From Octopus sinensis (lineage: Eukaryota): DNA of 64,000 nucleotides. The stretch is taken from positions 10,230,001 through 10,294,000 of the forward strand of contig NC_042998.1 of assembly GCF_006345805.1 (NCBI RefSeq), read 5' to 3'. Of this stretch, positions 1-11,861 are shown one piece after another. The notes under the pieces are model-generated. The model did not search any database and had not been told where the DNA came from. It saw only the letters and a list, made by a program, of their open reading frames with translations. The position numbers were made by a program, and so were the translations under genes. How positions within the stretch are numbered: the stretch's first letter is position 1; each line of letters begins with the position of its first letter.

Positions 1-73
1 ATTACATTTTTCATCAAAAAAAATACTTTGAAAAGAAATGAACAAGAACAATAAAATAACTTGGATTTTTCTT

Positions 74-170
74 TTTATTTCCCATATAATGGGATATACT
101 TTCAATAAACAAATTCCATTAGGATTATTAGCAATAAGTAACAGTATCAACAAAGACACAGCTATTTATT
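74..170 (-). promoter_or_regulatory. Candidate LETM1 polyadenylation signals (AATAAA at 79-74 and 170-165)
   Basis: TTTATT hexamers on plus, 750-850 nt past the stop; AT-rich background makes this weak. Confidence 0.3.
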
Positions 171-918
171 TATACCGATAGCCAGAAGAGTCAACCTCAA
201 TTCATTCTCAAAGACAATTCTTTGTATCATGAGAGTGTCAACAAAAACAACCTATGCAATGTTTCTGTAGAAAACACCAGTAGGCATAGGCATGAGAAAT
301 ACAGACCATCTTTAACAAAAGCCAACAACTCCAGAACAATGTATAGCAGTGGTAGTGTGAATACTAAATGGTCAAAGCATTCTTCCTACAAAATGCAGAT
401 GGAACATTGCGTAGTGTCAGGATGATTTTTAAATCAAATATTTTACAATTCTACCCAGTGTCAGTGTTAAGAATTATGTTAATAAGGTATGGGGTAAAAA
501 AGATGGCTAAAGTTAAGGAATTACAATGGTGCACACCTCTTCTGTTATTTTCTAAAGTGGAGTTAATTGGCTTTCAACTTCCGGTGAAGACTGACAAATA
601 GTGTCGGCCTAAGCCAGGTTTCTCCAATCTGTGACTCGGGGGCAATATGTTGGTCGTGAAGGAGGTGTTGTACGACCCTTGGGTTCTCTTGCTATTTGCA
701 TTCCTACCATGTTTTGAAAACGAGGACCACAGTAAATGAAATAAATCCCATACACAGATGGAAAGAATTGTTAAATGACACTGACACTAAATCAGTTATA
801 GCAGCCCACGAGGAATAAAAGATGAAAATGACAATCATACGTAGATGCTACTTATTTCTGAAGACATTTGCTACCCCATGTGTTTGCTTCTATATGTTCT
901 TTTCTTTATTTTTCAAAA

Positions 919-1140
919 TTAATTGTTTTGTTGCTGGGCTTTCTTTGGGGGCTGCTCTTCTTCAGTCATAAACATATCATCAATTGGTTGCTGCATTTTA
1001 CTCCGTTCTTTATCTTTTGCCAATTTTTCCATCATTTTTTCTTCTTCCTCCAAGAAGCTTTCCTTTTTGAGAAGATCAAGGACCTCTGTCACTTGTGATG
1101 GAGTCAATTTCAGATTGTCTCGGGTTAAATGCTCAATTGT
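919..1140 (-). CDS. LETM1: LETM1 last coding exon: TIEHLTRDNLKLTPSQVTEVLDLLKKE...KKAQQQNN*
   Basis: tttttcgcag|ACA acceptor; Q..E....L.KE C-terminal motif; TAA at 921-919. Confidence 0.92.
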   Translation of the reverse strand, partial: TIEHLTRDNLKLTPSQVTEVLDLLKKESFLEEEEKMMEKLAKDKERSKMQQPIDDMFMTEEEQPPKKAQQQNN

Positions 1141-1578
1141 CTGCGAAAAATAACAAAAAAATTTTAGTCAACCTTTGTCAAACTGTAAAGATAAACGTTT
1201 ATTGCCTACATACACATAGGTGTATATGTCAGTAACTGGTTGCAAGACAGGTGACTTAAAATGATAAATCGTCTTAAAACGTTTATTAGTTTATATCTGT
1301 ATGCTAAGGGCAACAAATCAATTCTGTGGTTGGACCAATTATTTTGCTTATATATATATATATATATATATATATACTTTTATATTATATTGATATAATA
1401 TAATATAAATCAATATAATATAAATGAATATTTTCAAAGAGGAAGAATTTACGGATTTTTTCTCTAACGAGGTTTTTCACGCTGACTACTGATAATTTCT
1501 TTTAAAGATTTTATCCTCAATTGTTAAATTATATATATATATATTAGAAGGTTTTGAGATGATGTACAGGTATTATAT

Positions 1579-2222
1579 ATTAGAAGAAATGAGGTACTCA
1601 GAAATCTGGATGGTTTTATATTTATTAGTATGTTACATGTTTTTATAAATTATATATCATATATTAGCGCTTTTGTCCACTCTAGTAGAATCTTCAAATT
1701 GAAGACTTCACTAGAATGGACGAAAGCGCTAATATATCTTTATATATAAAAGTGAGGTTGTGTGCTGTCTGTCTCCTACGATTTAGATTCCTAACTACTC
1801 CCACATTTTGCGGTGCAGTTTAACCAAGGTATCTTATAGTCGTGATTCATATCGAGCCCTTCTGGGTATTAGCGCGCGTCTACAATGAGTCTACGATTTT
1901 AAAAAAAATTTACCATCATTTTTTTCCCATTTTAATGCATTTTTTCGCTATTATATAAGGGAAGTAACTCTCTAAAAATGTCTATTATGAGTCAACGATT
2001 TAAAAAAGAATTTACCATCATTTTTTTCCCATTTTAATGCATTTTTTTGCTATTTTTTGGCTATAACTCTCTAAAAATGCTTATATAGTTATTTCCCTTA
2101 CAAACCTGAGCAACGCCGGGCGATACTGCTAGTGATATATAATTATAAAAACATGTAACATACTAATAAATATCTGTAAATATAAAACCAACCAGATTTC
2201 TGAGTACCTCAGTTCTTCTAAT
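1579..2222. mobile_element. Foldback element interrupted by a Helitron (duplicated at about 2648-3294)
   Basis: Arms ATTAGAAGAA.TGAGGTACTCAGAAATCTGG... / ...CCAGATTTCTGAGTACCTCAGTTCTTCTAAT with a central hairpin. Confidence 0.8.
1737..2132 (+). mobile_element. Non-autonomous Helitron (copy at 2808-3203)
   Basis: A|TC 5' end, GC hairpin CCTGAGCAACGCCGGG, CTAG|T 3' end, no TSD. Confidence 0.88.
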
Positions 2223-3477
2223 CATCATCATCATCATCGTTTAACGTCCGCTTTCCATGCTAGCATGGGTCGGACGATTTTGACTGAGGGCTGGCGAGCC
2301 AGATGGCTGCACCAGGCTCCAATCTTGATCTGGCAGAGGATGCCCTTCCTAACGCCAATCACTCCGAGAGTGTAGTGGGTGCTTTTTATGTGCCACCGGC
2401 ACGTAAACATATATATATATATATATATATAATATATATATATATACTTTTATATTATATTGATATAATATAATATAAATCAATATAATATAAATGAATA
2501 TTTTCAAAGAGGAAGAATTTACGGATTTTTTCTCTAACGAGGTTTTTCACGCTGACTACTGATAATTTCTTTTAAAGATTTTATCCTCAATTGTTAAATT
2601 AATATATATATATATTAGAAGGTTTTGAGATGATGTACAGGTATTATATATTAGAAGAAATGAGGTACTCAGAAATCTGGATGGTTTTATATTTATTAGT
2701 ATGTTACATGTTTTTATAAATTATATATCATATATTAGCGCTTTTGTCCACTCTAGTAGAATCTTCAAATTGAAGACTTCACTAGAATGGACGAAAGCGC
2801 TAATATATCTTTATATATAAAAGTGAGGTTGTGTGCTGTCTGTCTCCTACGATTTAGATTCCTAACTACTCCCACATTTTGCGGTGCAGTTTAACCAAGG
2901 TATCTTATAGTCGTGATTCATATCGAGCCCTTCTGGGTATTAGCGCGCGTCTACAATGAGTCTACGATTTTAAAAAAAATTTACCATCATTTTTTTCCCA
3001 TTTTAATGCATTTTTTCGCTATTATATAAGGGAAGTAACTCTCTAAAAATGTCTATTATGAGTCAACGATTTAAAAAAGAATTTACCATCATTTTTTCCC
3101 ATTTTTAATGCATTTTTTTGCTATTTTTTGGCTATAACTCTCTAAAAATGCTTATATAGTTATTTCCCTTACAAACCTGAGCAACGCCGGGCGATACTGC
3201 TAGTGATATATAATTTATAAAAACATGTAACATACTAATAAATATCTGTAAATATAAAACCAACCAGATTTCTGAGTACCTCAGTTCTTCTAATCATCAT
3301 CATCATCATCGTTTAACGTCCGCTTTCCATGCTAGCATGGGTCGGACGATTTTGACTGAGGGCTGGCGAGCCAGATGGCTGCACCAGGCTCCAATCTTGA
3401 TCTGGCAGAGGATGCCCTTCCTAACGCCAATCACTCCGAGAGTGTAGTGGGTGCTTTTTATGTGCCACCGGCACGTA

Positions 3478-3515
<38 letters not shown>

Positions 3516-4371
3516 AAGGAAGGAAGCACTCCGTCGGTTACGACGACGAGGGTTCCGGTTGATCCGAATCAACGGAACAGCATGCTCGTGAAATTAACGT
3601 GTAAGTGGCTGAGCACTCCACAGACACGTGCACCCTTAACGTAGTTCTCGGAGATATTCAGCGTGACACAGAGAGTGACAAGGCCGGCCCCTTGAAATAC
3701 AGGTACAACAGAAACAGGAAGTAAGAGTGAGAGAAAGTTGTGGTGAAAGAGTACAGCAGGGATCATCACCATCCCTGCCGGAGCCTTGTGGGGCTTTTTA
3801 GGTGTTTTCGCTCAATAAACACTCACAACGCCCGGTCTGGGAATCGAAACCGCGAGTCCGCTGCCCTAACCACTGGGCCATTGCACCTCCCGTATATATA
3901 TATATATATATAAGCACAGGGAATCTACAAACAAATTAGTAATAAATCTAATTATTTAACGATGTAGATTTTCTAGGCTGATTGTTAATACTGCATTTTA
4001 CTGCAAGTAGAAATGATTTAAAGGTTTATCATAGAACAAGATACATCTTGTGATTTTATAATTACAACAAATATTGTATCCCTAATCCTAGACAGAGTTT
4101 TAACCCTTCCATTATCTGATGAAATTCAGTCTTTCTTTCAATTAACTTTTAAAATAATGAAGAATTCAGTAAAATAATTTTGTCACTTAAAGTTGATATG
4201 TGAAACATAAATATGAAGTTTTGAAGGAAGGTTTTAATTTAAATCTTTTTAAAACACAAATTTTCTATCAGAGGATTAAGGGTATTCATAGGCAGATTAG
4301 TATCAAAAGAGTTACATAGTTTACAATAAGAATATATATCTCCTAATGAATAACGCTTATCACAGGTTTAC

Positions 4372-4513
4372 CTTTAGAGCCAGTGAGATGTCAACTTTGC
4401 CATCTTTGTCTTCATCAAGCACCTCAACAATCATCTGTGCACGTGTCTCATCAGGTACCTTCTGCAGTCTTTTCAGAGCCAGAACAATTTCATTAATGCT
4501 GATTAGATTGTCT
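4372..4513 (-). CDS. LETM1: LETM1 exon (142 nt): DNLISINEIVLALKRLQKVPDE...LDEDKDGKVDISLALK (EF-hand-like)
   Basis: tatatag|A acceptor (phase 2), AAG|gtaaac donor; DxDxDG loop. Confidence 0.95.
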
Positions 4514-5069
4514 CTATATAAACAATAGACAGAGAAAAGAACATATAAATGACATCGAATACTATGCAACATTTTCAGACAAGAATATGAAGAATAGGTT
4601 TGCTGAGATTATTTGCACCATGTATTTATCCCATGATGGTTCTGTTAGAGGTCTGTTGTTCTTTATTCCATCTCAAATGGCAGAGTGGCAATATTGTCAT
4701 CATCATCATCACTTTTTAGTATGTATTTTTTCCATGGTGGCATGAGTTTAGATGAGGCTCCTTGAGGCCGTATTTTACAGCTGAACGACTTCCAATATAC
4801 CAACTTTTACTTGTTTATCAAATAAGTTTTTCCACTTTTTTTTGTTTTTCACATCAAACCTCCAAACATCACTTCTACTCAAACATAACCAATGTGGGAA
4901 AACACACACATACACACACACCTTCTAGATTGAATATTCATATTAGGGCTGCCATTAGTCAAAATCAATCATGTACCTTCCCATATATGTACAGACATGG
5001 GTAAAATTTTTTGAAGAAGACTGGCAGTTGTTCATGCATGCAAGTCTCCTCTCTCCATGCCATTCACGT

Positions 5070-5535
5070 TTATCATCATCATCATCATTTAGCGTCCGCT
5101 TTCCATGCTAGCATGGGTTGGACGGTTCAACTGGGGTCTGTGAAGCCAGAAAGCTGCATTAGGCCCAATCTGATCTGGCAGTGTTTCTACGGCTGGATGT
5201 CCTTCCTAACACCAACCACTCCGTGAGTGTAGTGGGTGCTTTTTATGTGCCAGACGAAGCTGGCAAACGGCCACAGTCGGATGGTGCTTTTTACATGCCA
5301 CCAGCACGGGGGCCAGGCGAGGCTGGCAACGGCCACGATCGGATGGTGCTTTTTACGTGCCAGGTGAGGCTGGCAACGGCCATGAACGGATGGTGCTTTA
5401 CTTGCCACCGGCACAGGGGCCAGGCGAGGCTGGCAACGGCCACGAACGGATGGTGCTACGTGCCACCGGCACAGGGGCCAGGCGAGGCTGGCAACGGCCA
5501 CGAACGGATGGTGCTTTTTACGTGCCACCGGCTTA
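5070..5535 (-). mobile_element. RTE 3'-end fragment with about 4 VNTR units
   Basis: (CAT)n tail plus CGTTTAACGTCCGC...CCAACCACTCCG...GTGCCACCGGCAC units, same as the 3' end of the 11836-15333 element. Confidence 0.9.
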
Positions 5536-7860
5536 TCTAAAAGAAAAGTTGCCAACTTAAGACAATACAGTTTAACATCAGTGTTGCCACAGATATTGCT
5601 AACAGAATATAAAAGGCTACAACTGATACTGGGAGGCATCTTTCCTGACCCCTTAACAGTTCCATTAACCCACTCCATGGATTGGAAATTTTTTTCAATT
5701 GACTTGAAAGGGTGAAAGGCACAGTTGACCTAAGTAGGATTTGAACACAGTATGGAGGAGGTTGGAGCAAATAGAGTGAGGCATGCTATCCAATGCTAAG
5801 AAAACTCTGCTAATTTGCATTACATGTGATTTGCATCCATACAGTTTCCACCTACCAAATTCCACTGATAAGACATTGATCAACCCAAGGAGATAACAGA
5901 AAACAACATGCCCAAGTCACTATTTTGACATTAAAATTTTAAACATTGATTTATGATGTGTTCATAATCTATTGTTGATGCTTCAGCTGAATAAATTTTT
6001 AACATTTCAAATTGTAAAATGTTACATTTCAAACTTAAAGTGTTAAAAAAATATATCAAAACAGAAAAGAATAAAGTTTTCATACAAGTAATTTTTACAT
6101 TTGTTTAAAGGTATTTATTAATTTAAAAATTCAATCCAGTTTATTTTTCTTAGCTCTGGTTTTATGGCATTAAACAATTGAGGGAGAAAAAAAAAAGATT
6201 TTACTTAGATGGATACAGGCCTTTTATAGGTTACAATGATGAGGGTTCCAGTTGATCTGATTAACAGAACAGCCAGCTCGTGAAATTAATGTGCAAGTGG
6301 CTGAGCACTCCACAGACATTTGTACCCTTAACGTAGTTCTCAGGGGAGATTCAGCATGACATAGAGGGTGACAAGGCTGGCCCTTTGAAATACAGGTACA
6401 ACAGAAGCAGGATGAAAGAGTGAGAGAAAGTTGTGGTGAAAGAGTACAGCAGGGTTCACCACCACCCCCTGCCAGAACCATGTGGAGCTTTAAGTGTTTC
6501 TGCTCAATAAATACTCACAATGCCTGGTCTGGGAACCGAAACAGTGACCCTACGACTGCAAATCCACTGCTCTAACGACTGGGTCATTGTGCCTCCACCT
6601 TTTTACAAGCAACATTCTTAGAATATATTTTATCAACATCAGAAGAATGTAAATCCTGTTAAAGTTTCAGTTTGAAGTGAAAAGAAGTGAAATGGTACAA
6701 TCGATTTAGTCTAATTCTGTCACAATGCTGCTTAGATAAATATTTAACCACATAAAATCAATAATTATTTTCCCAACAATCATTGAATACAGAATATATT
6801 TCAAGATTGAATACTATTTTAGAAACAATGCTACTCCAACCTTTACCTGAAAAAAATGTGGATTCACTTTGGATTGAGACCAAAGGAAAGCAAGAATGAG
6901 GAAAGAGTGAAGTAACCTCCCTTATTATAATTCATAAGACAATAAACTTAAGCTGCATTAACCTTTTCATGGCATCCTTCAAAACTTCCATGCTTCCTGA
7001 GATTCGCCAACACTACACCTGATTTTCTCCCCTCCATACACATGCAAGCATGTATCTGACTCATACACTGTTCACTTTCCAGACATTTGTACATTACTGC
7101 ATATGCTTTATATGCACTTTCTGACAAGTTGTGGTGCACCTGAGCACTGTATACAATAATTTCATTATTATTATTATTTATCATATATCTAATGAAATAC
7201 ACTATTTTACAACTTAATTAGTTTTGGAAATAATTAAGAACCCGAGGTACTTAGTAAAGTAAATAACTTTTGAATAACCCCTTTTGTTACCATATTTCTG
7301 TTGAAATACACTTCCTTTGTTCTAATTCATTTTGAAAATAATGAAGAATTTAATAAAATAACTTTGATCATTTTAAAATAGAAAGTTTGTATTAAAGAAC
7401 CAGGAGTAGTCTCAGGTGGATTGGTATCAAAAGTGTTAAGTCAGTGTTTGGAACATGATAATGAAAAGTTCTATCATCATCATCATCGTTTAACGCCAGC
7501 ATGGAAGCCAGTCAAAGTGGCGCTGGCATCGGCCACGTTCGGATGGTGCTTTTTATATGCCACTGGCACAGAAGCCAGTCAAGGTGGTGCTGGCATCGGC
7601 CATGTTCGGATGGTGCCTTTTACGTGCCACTAGCACAGGTATCACAACTACAATTTCCATTTAATTTTTATTTTGATGTTGATGTAATTGACTCAATAGG
7701 TCTAACTTTAAAATATACAGTTTTACATCACAGAATGAAAAGCAATTTCTAAAATGTTAATATCAAACGAATTAACAAAGCATAACTGGTTTAGCTCCAA
7801 TGCCGACAAAGGAAATTAAAATGTTAAAATGATGAGATGATTAAAGTAAAATAAACTGAC

Positions 7861-8123
7861 TTCTTTCTGCTGATGTCTTGCATAACTTCGTCCAATTTCT
7901 CCACATCCTCTTTGAGTTCGGGGCTGCGCTTCACTCTGACCTCACTCACTTCAATCTGTTCCAAGAGTTGTACCTTCTCTTTCAAGAGTTTCTGGTTGAT
8001 AGAGTCAGCCTGGGAGATGAGTTTGTGAACGCGTTTCATCAAGCGTTCTGAAGCTTTAGACTCTTTCAAGTCTCGCAGACTGCCTCCAGTGGATAGAATC
8101 ACTTCCTTCAGATCTTCCACATC
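7861..8123 (-). CDS. LETM1: LETM1 exon (263 nt): DVEDLKEVIL...KESKASERLMKRVHKLISQAD...ISRK
   Basis: ttctttag|GAT acceptor, AA|gtcagt donor (phase 2); ESKAS.RL.KRV motif. Confidence 0.92.
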
Positions 8124-8240
8124 CTAAAGAAGGAACAAGAAAAAAAAGATACATTGGCATTAGTATGAAATATATGTGAGTGAATGTGTGTGTGCGTGTG
8201 TGTTTTGATATGTGTGCATGTGTACACATACACACACAAA

Positions 8241-8660
8241 CTCTCTTTTACTCTTTTACTTGTTTCAGTCATTTGACTGCGGCCATGCTGGAGCACCGCC
8301 TTTAATCGAGCAATTCGACCCCGGGACTTATTCTTTGTAAGCCCAGTACTTATTCTATCGGTCTCTTTTGCCGAACCGCTAAGTAACGGGGACGTGAACA
8401 CACCAGCATCGGTTGTCAAGCAATGCTAGGGGGACAAACACAGACACACAAACACATACACACACACATATATATATATATATACATATATATATACGAC
8501 AGGCTTCTTTCAGTTTCCGTCTACCAAATCCACTCACAAGGCATTGGTCGGCCCGGGGCTATAGCAGAAGACACTTGCCCAAGATGCCACGCAGTGGGAC
8601 TGAACCCAGAACCATGTAGTTGGTTAGCAAGCTACTTACCACACAGCCACTCCTGCGCCT
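8241..8660 (-). mobile_element. tRNA-derived SINE family A
   Basis: GGAGTGGCTGTGTGGTAAG A box, GGTTCAGTCC B box, TTGGGCAAGTGTCTT core, GGCGGTGCTCCAGCATGGCCGCAG tail. Copies at about 15414-15770(+), 19955-20345(-), 37185-37596(-), 40215-40612(-), 48322-48625(-), 57843-58502(-), 62640-63035(+). Confidence 0.9.
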
Positions 8661-9018
8661 ATATACATTTGTTCCATCTTTTCATGTCCATTTAATATGG
8701 GTTACACAAATACAGATTAATGAGGCACAGTTTTACAGCTGGATGCTCTTTCTGTAGCTAACCTTTACCCATTTTTCAAGTAAGGGAGATTTCATTCCAT
8801 TAGTTCTTGAAAGCACAGAGATACTGGATGATTTCACGACAGGCAATTATCATCTGTAGCTTTTTCATGATACACAGATAGTTGTAAATGTTCACACAGA
8901 TACCACATGTGCATACATGCACACGCACACACACAAAACAAGCTGTGTACAGTTACAGACTACCACATTCACTTGCAAGCCTAGAGCTATGGAAGACACT
9001 TGACCATACAGTTATGCT

Positions 9019-9064
<46 letters not shown>

Positions 9065-9080
9065 TATACACACACACTCA

Positions 9081-9125
<45 letters not shown>

Positions 9126-9196
9126 CAGTGTGAAACTAGCACTACAAATTTACAAAGTTAAGTTAAGAGAGAGGACAAAATCAATAAAATAGTATA

Positions 9197-9490
9197 TCAT
9201 CATCATCATCGTTTAACGTCTGTTTTCTATGCTAGCATGGGTTGGATGGTTCAACTGGGGTCTGGGAAGCCAGAAGGCTGCGCCAGGCCCAGTCTGATCT
9301 GGCAATGTTTCTATGGCTGGATGCCCTCCTTCCTAACGCCAACCACTCCGTGAGTGTAGTGGGTGCTTTTTACGTGCCACCCGCACAGGTGCCAGACGGA
9401 GCTGGCAAACGGCCACGGACGGATGGTGCTTTTTACGTGCCACCGGCACGGTGGCCAGGCGAGGCTGGCAACAGCCACGATCAGATGGTA
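9197..9490 (-). mobile_element. RTE 3'-end fragment flanked by a 76-bp direct duplication
   Basis: RTE tail sequence; 9121-9196 is repeated at 9509-9584. Confidence 0.9.
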
Positions 9491-9631
9491 TACATACACA
9501 CACACACAGAAAGCAGTGTAAAACTAGCACTACAAATTTACAAAGTTAAGTTAAGAGAGAGGACAAAATCAATAAAATAGTATATACAAAAAAAAACCCA
9601 GAAAAATGTTATAAAGAAAGAAGTGGCTCAC

Positions 9632-9783
9632 CTCTTTATATTCACTGACTTCTTCTTTGAGATCCTGAAGTTCTTCCTGTTCAATACTGAGTTGCTTCTC
9701 AAGAGCAATTTCTTCAAGAGCTGACTCAATAATTTCCAAGTCTTTATTGGTGATCACTTCTTCTGTAGGAGAGGATGGTGATG
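9632..9783 (-). CDS. LETM1: LETM1 exon (152 nt): ASPSSPTEEVITNKDLEIIESALEE...ELQDLKEEVSEYKE
   Basis: ttgttccag|CA acceptor (phase 1), GAG|gtgagc donor; EL..LKE(E/D)V.(E/D)Y motif. Confidence 0.93.
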
Positions 9784-10119
9784 CTGGAACAACAAATGGA
9801 AATTAATAGGAACCAGCAGAGCTGAAGAAACGAACGAATTAGCGAAGATGCCAGCAGATTCAGTGGAACATCATCATTTAGACATACACCAGTGTGCTGA
9901 GTGACTATAACCCATTGGAATCATGTGGTGTATTTTTTATCTTTTCTACTTTTATTTAGAGGAAAGTATTCATCCTTGACCTTTGGAAGATCCTCAAAGC
10001 TAGTGAGGCAGTAAAAGAGAGAAAGAGGCCAGCATTCCCTCAAAGCTGTGTACCTGTGCATACATGTGTTATACAATGAAGAAAGGAAAGAAATGTGCAC
10101 ACACTGAGTTTTCATCCAC

Positions 10120-10462
10120 CGATCTAACACCCGTGGACATATTTACAAAGTCAGAAAGCAGCACAGCTCCCATGACTTCAGGAAACATTTTTTCACGCTG
10201 AGAGTTGCTGAAGCGTGGAACAAACTGCCGGCATCAGTTATTAGTTGTCAGAGCACTGCATCCTTCAAAACTTCCATGCTTTCTGAGATTCGCCAACATT
10301 ACACCTGATTTTCTCCCCTCCATACACACGCAAGCATGTATCTGACTCATTCATTGTTCGCTTTCCAGACATTTTTACATTACTGCATGTACTTTATATG
10401 CACTTTCTGACAAGTTGTGGTGCACCTGAGCACTGTATACAAAAATTTCATTATTATTATTT
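10120..10462 (+). mobile_element. CR1-type LINE 3' fragment with (ATT)n tail
   Basis: TRGHIYKV..RKHFFTL.VAEAWNKLPASV..FKTSML. Copies at about 6950-7180 (+), 16915-17115 (+), 42285-42665 (-). Confidence 0.85.
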
Positions 10463-11861
10463 TTATACTGGATTCCGTTTAACTGAATCATTTTAAGTGG
10501 TGATTGTTTACATGGATGAACACACATATTTGGTTAAGAAAGATCTAATTTGCACATGATACAAATTTCTGCAGACACCCACAGTAAAAAACTTATTAGG
10601 ATCATTGGTTGCAACAGTAGGAAGTAATACATCAAGATACTGAGTTATCCTTAGAGTTAAGACCTGGTCTGAATGCTTGCAAAAGAAGGGACTCCGCTAA
10701 AGGTACCCAAGAGACAGTGATAACAAGCTTACCAACAGAAATCAATCCTTCTTTATGACGTTGACAAAAGGGGTAGACCTTACATTATAAAGTAAATCTC
10801 ATTTTCTACACTGATAACACAGCTTGTAGTATATAGTACCTAAAGGATAGCTAGAGACACAAAACCATTGACAATTAAGAATCTTTGTTACAGGTAGTTT
10901 GATATAATGAATTGTCAACCTATTGACAGGAATTCTAGGACCATTCTGACTCAGCCAGATGCAAGACTCCTGCAGTAGTTCTACTTGTAGTTTAATAACA
11001 CTGCTACTTTGATGACCTTTTAGGTGTATTTTCCTTTGTCATTATAAAATTTTAATTCCTCCCATATTTTCATCCCAAGAGAATTTTCACAACTATCTCA
11101 GTGGGAAGAAATATCAAAGTTACAATGAAAAGATGATGCACAATAGATTTTATAACATTTTCTTTTAATTATTTCAGATTATTTTATTATTTAGGTGGAG
11201 TTAATGGAAGGCAAATTTCATGTTAAAAACATTGATTACAGACTTATCTCCCATGAATAATATTTTGTACTACATTAAAAAACAAAACAAAAAAAACTCC
11301 CACCTAAATATGCATTACATGACAGGCTTCTTTGCAGTTTTTATCTACAGTATTCACTCACAGGGTATTGGATTATTCACTTGCCCAAGACATTGCATCG
11401 GGGTAGAATCCGAAACCACATGTACAAGATGCGAAATGATGCCTTTATGTCTTAAATATTCAAAACATTTCCATTTTTTTACCAAGACAAATTACTTTAC
11501 CATGAAATGGCAGTGGTGTCAGAGTAGTAGCAAATGTTAACAAATAGAGAAATGCATTATAAGTTTAGGGGATACACAACACAATTAGGTTTAAGCCTAC
11601 AGCTTAGGAAGGAGTGCATATACGACCTAGCAGCTAGTGAAATTGTTTACATATCACATCCGACAATCTCGTATAAAGGATAGATTGGATAATATGATCC
11701 CTTGTTATACTAAAACATTGTGCAAATATATCTGAACATAAATCTGTTGAACCAGTGTAGAGATGGGACTAGACAACAACAAAAGTAGCCTGTAAGGCAA
11801 TCATTTATGATGCCTCTGTAATAATAAACACTGATTTGAGTTCTGCGATGCGAATAGTCTT

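Larger units (their letters stand above)
1349..3511 (+). repeat. Near-identical tandem duplication of about 1.07 kb bounded by (TA)n runs
   Basis: Offset 1070-1072 throughout; the only differences found are 1-bp indels in homopolymer runs. Confidence 0.95.

Noticed and set aside
652-677. GGTCGT/ACGACC hairpin in the LETM1 3' UTR
   Set aside because: A 6-bp stem can occur by chance; no SECIS/IRE consensus and no comparative support.
5181-5678. ORFs of 119-163 aa (and similar at 9242, 38647, 51728)
   Set aside because: All are translations of RTE 3' UTR repeats.
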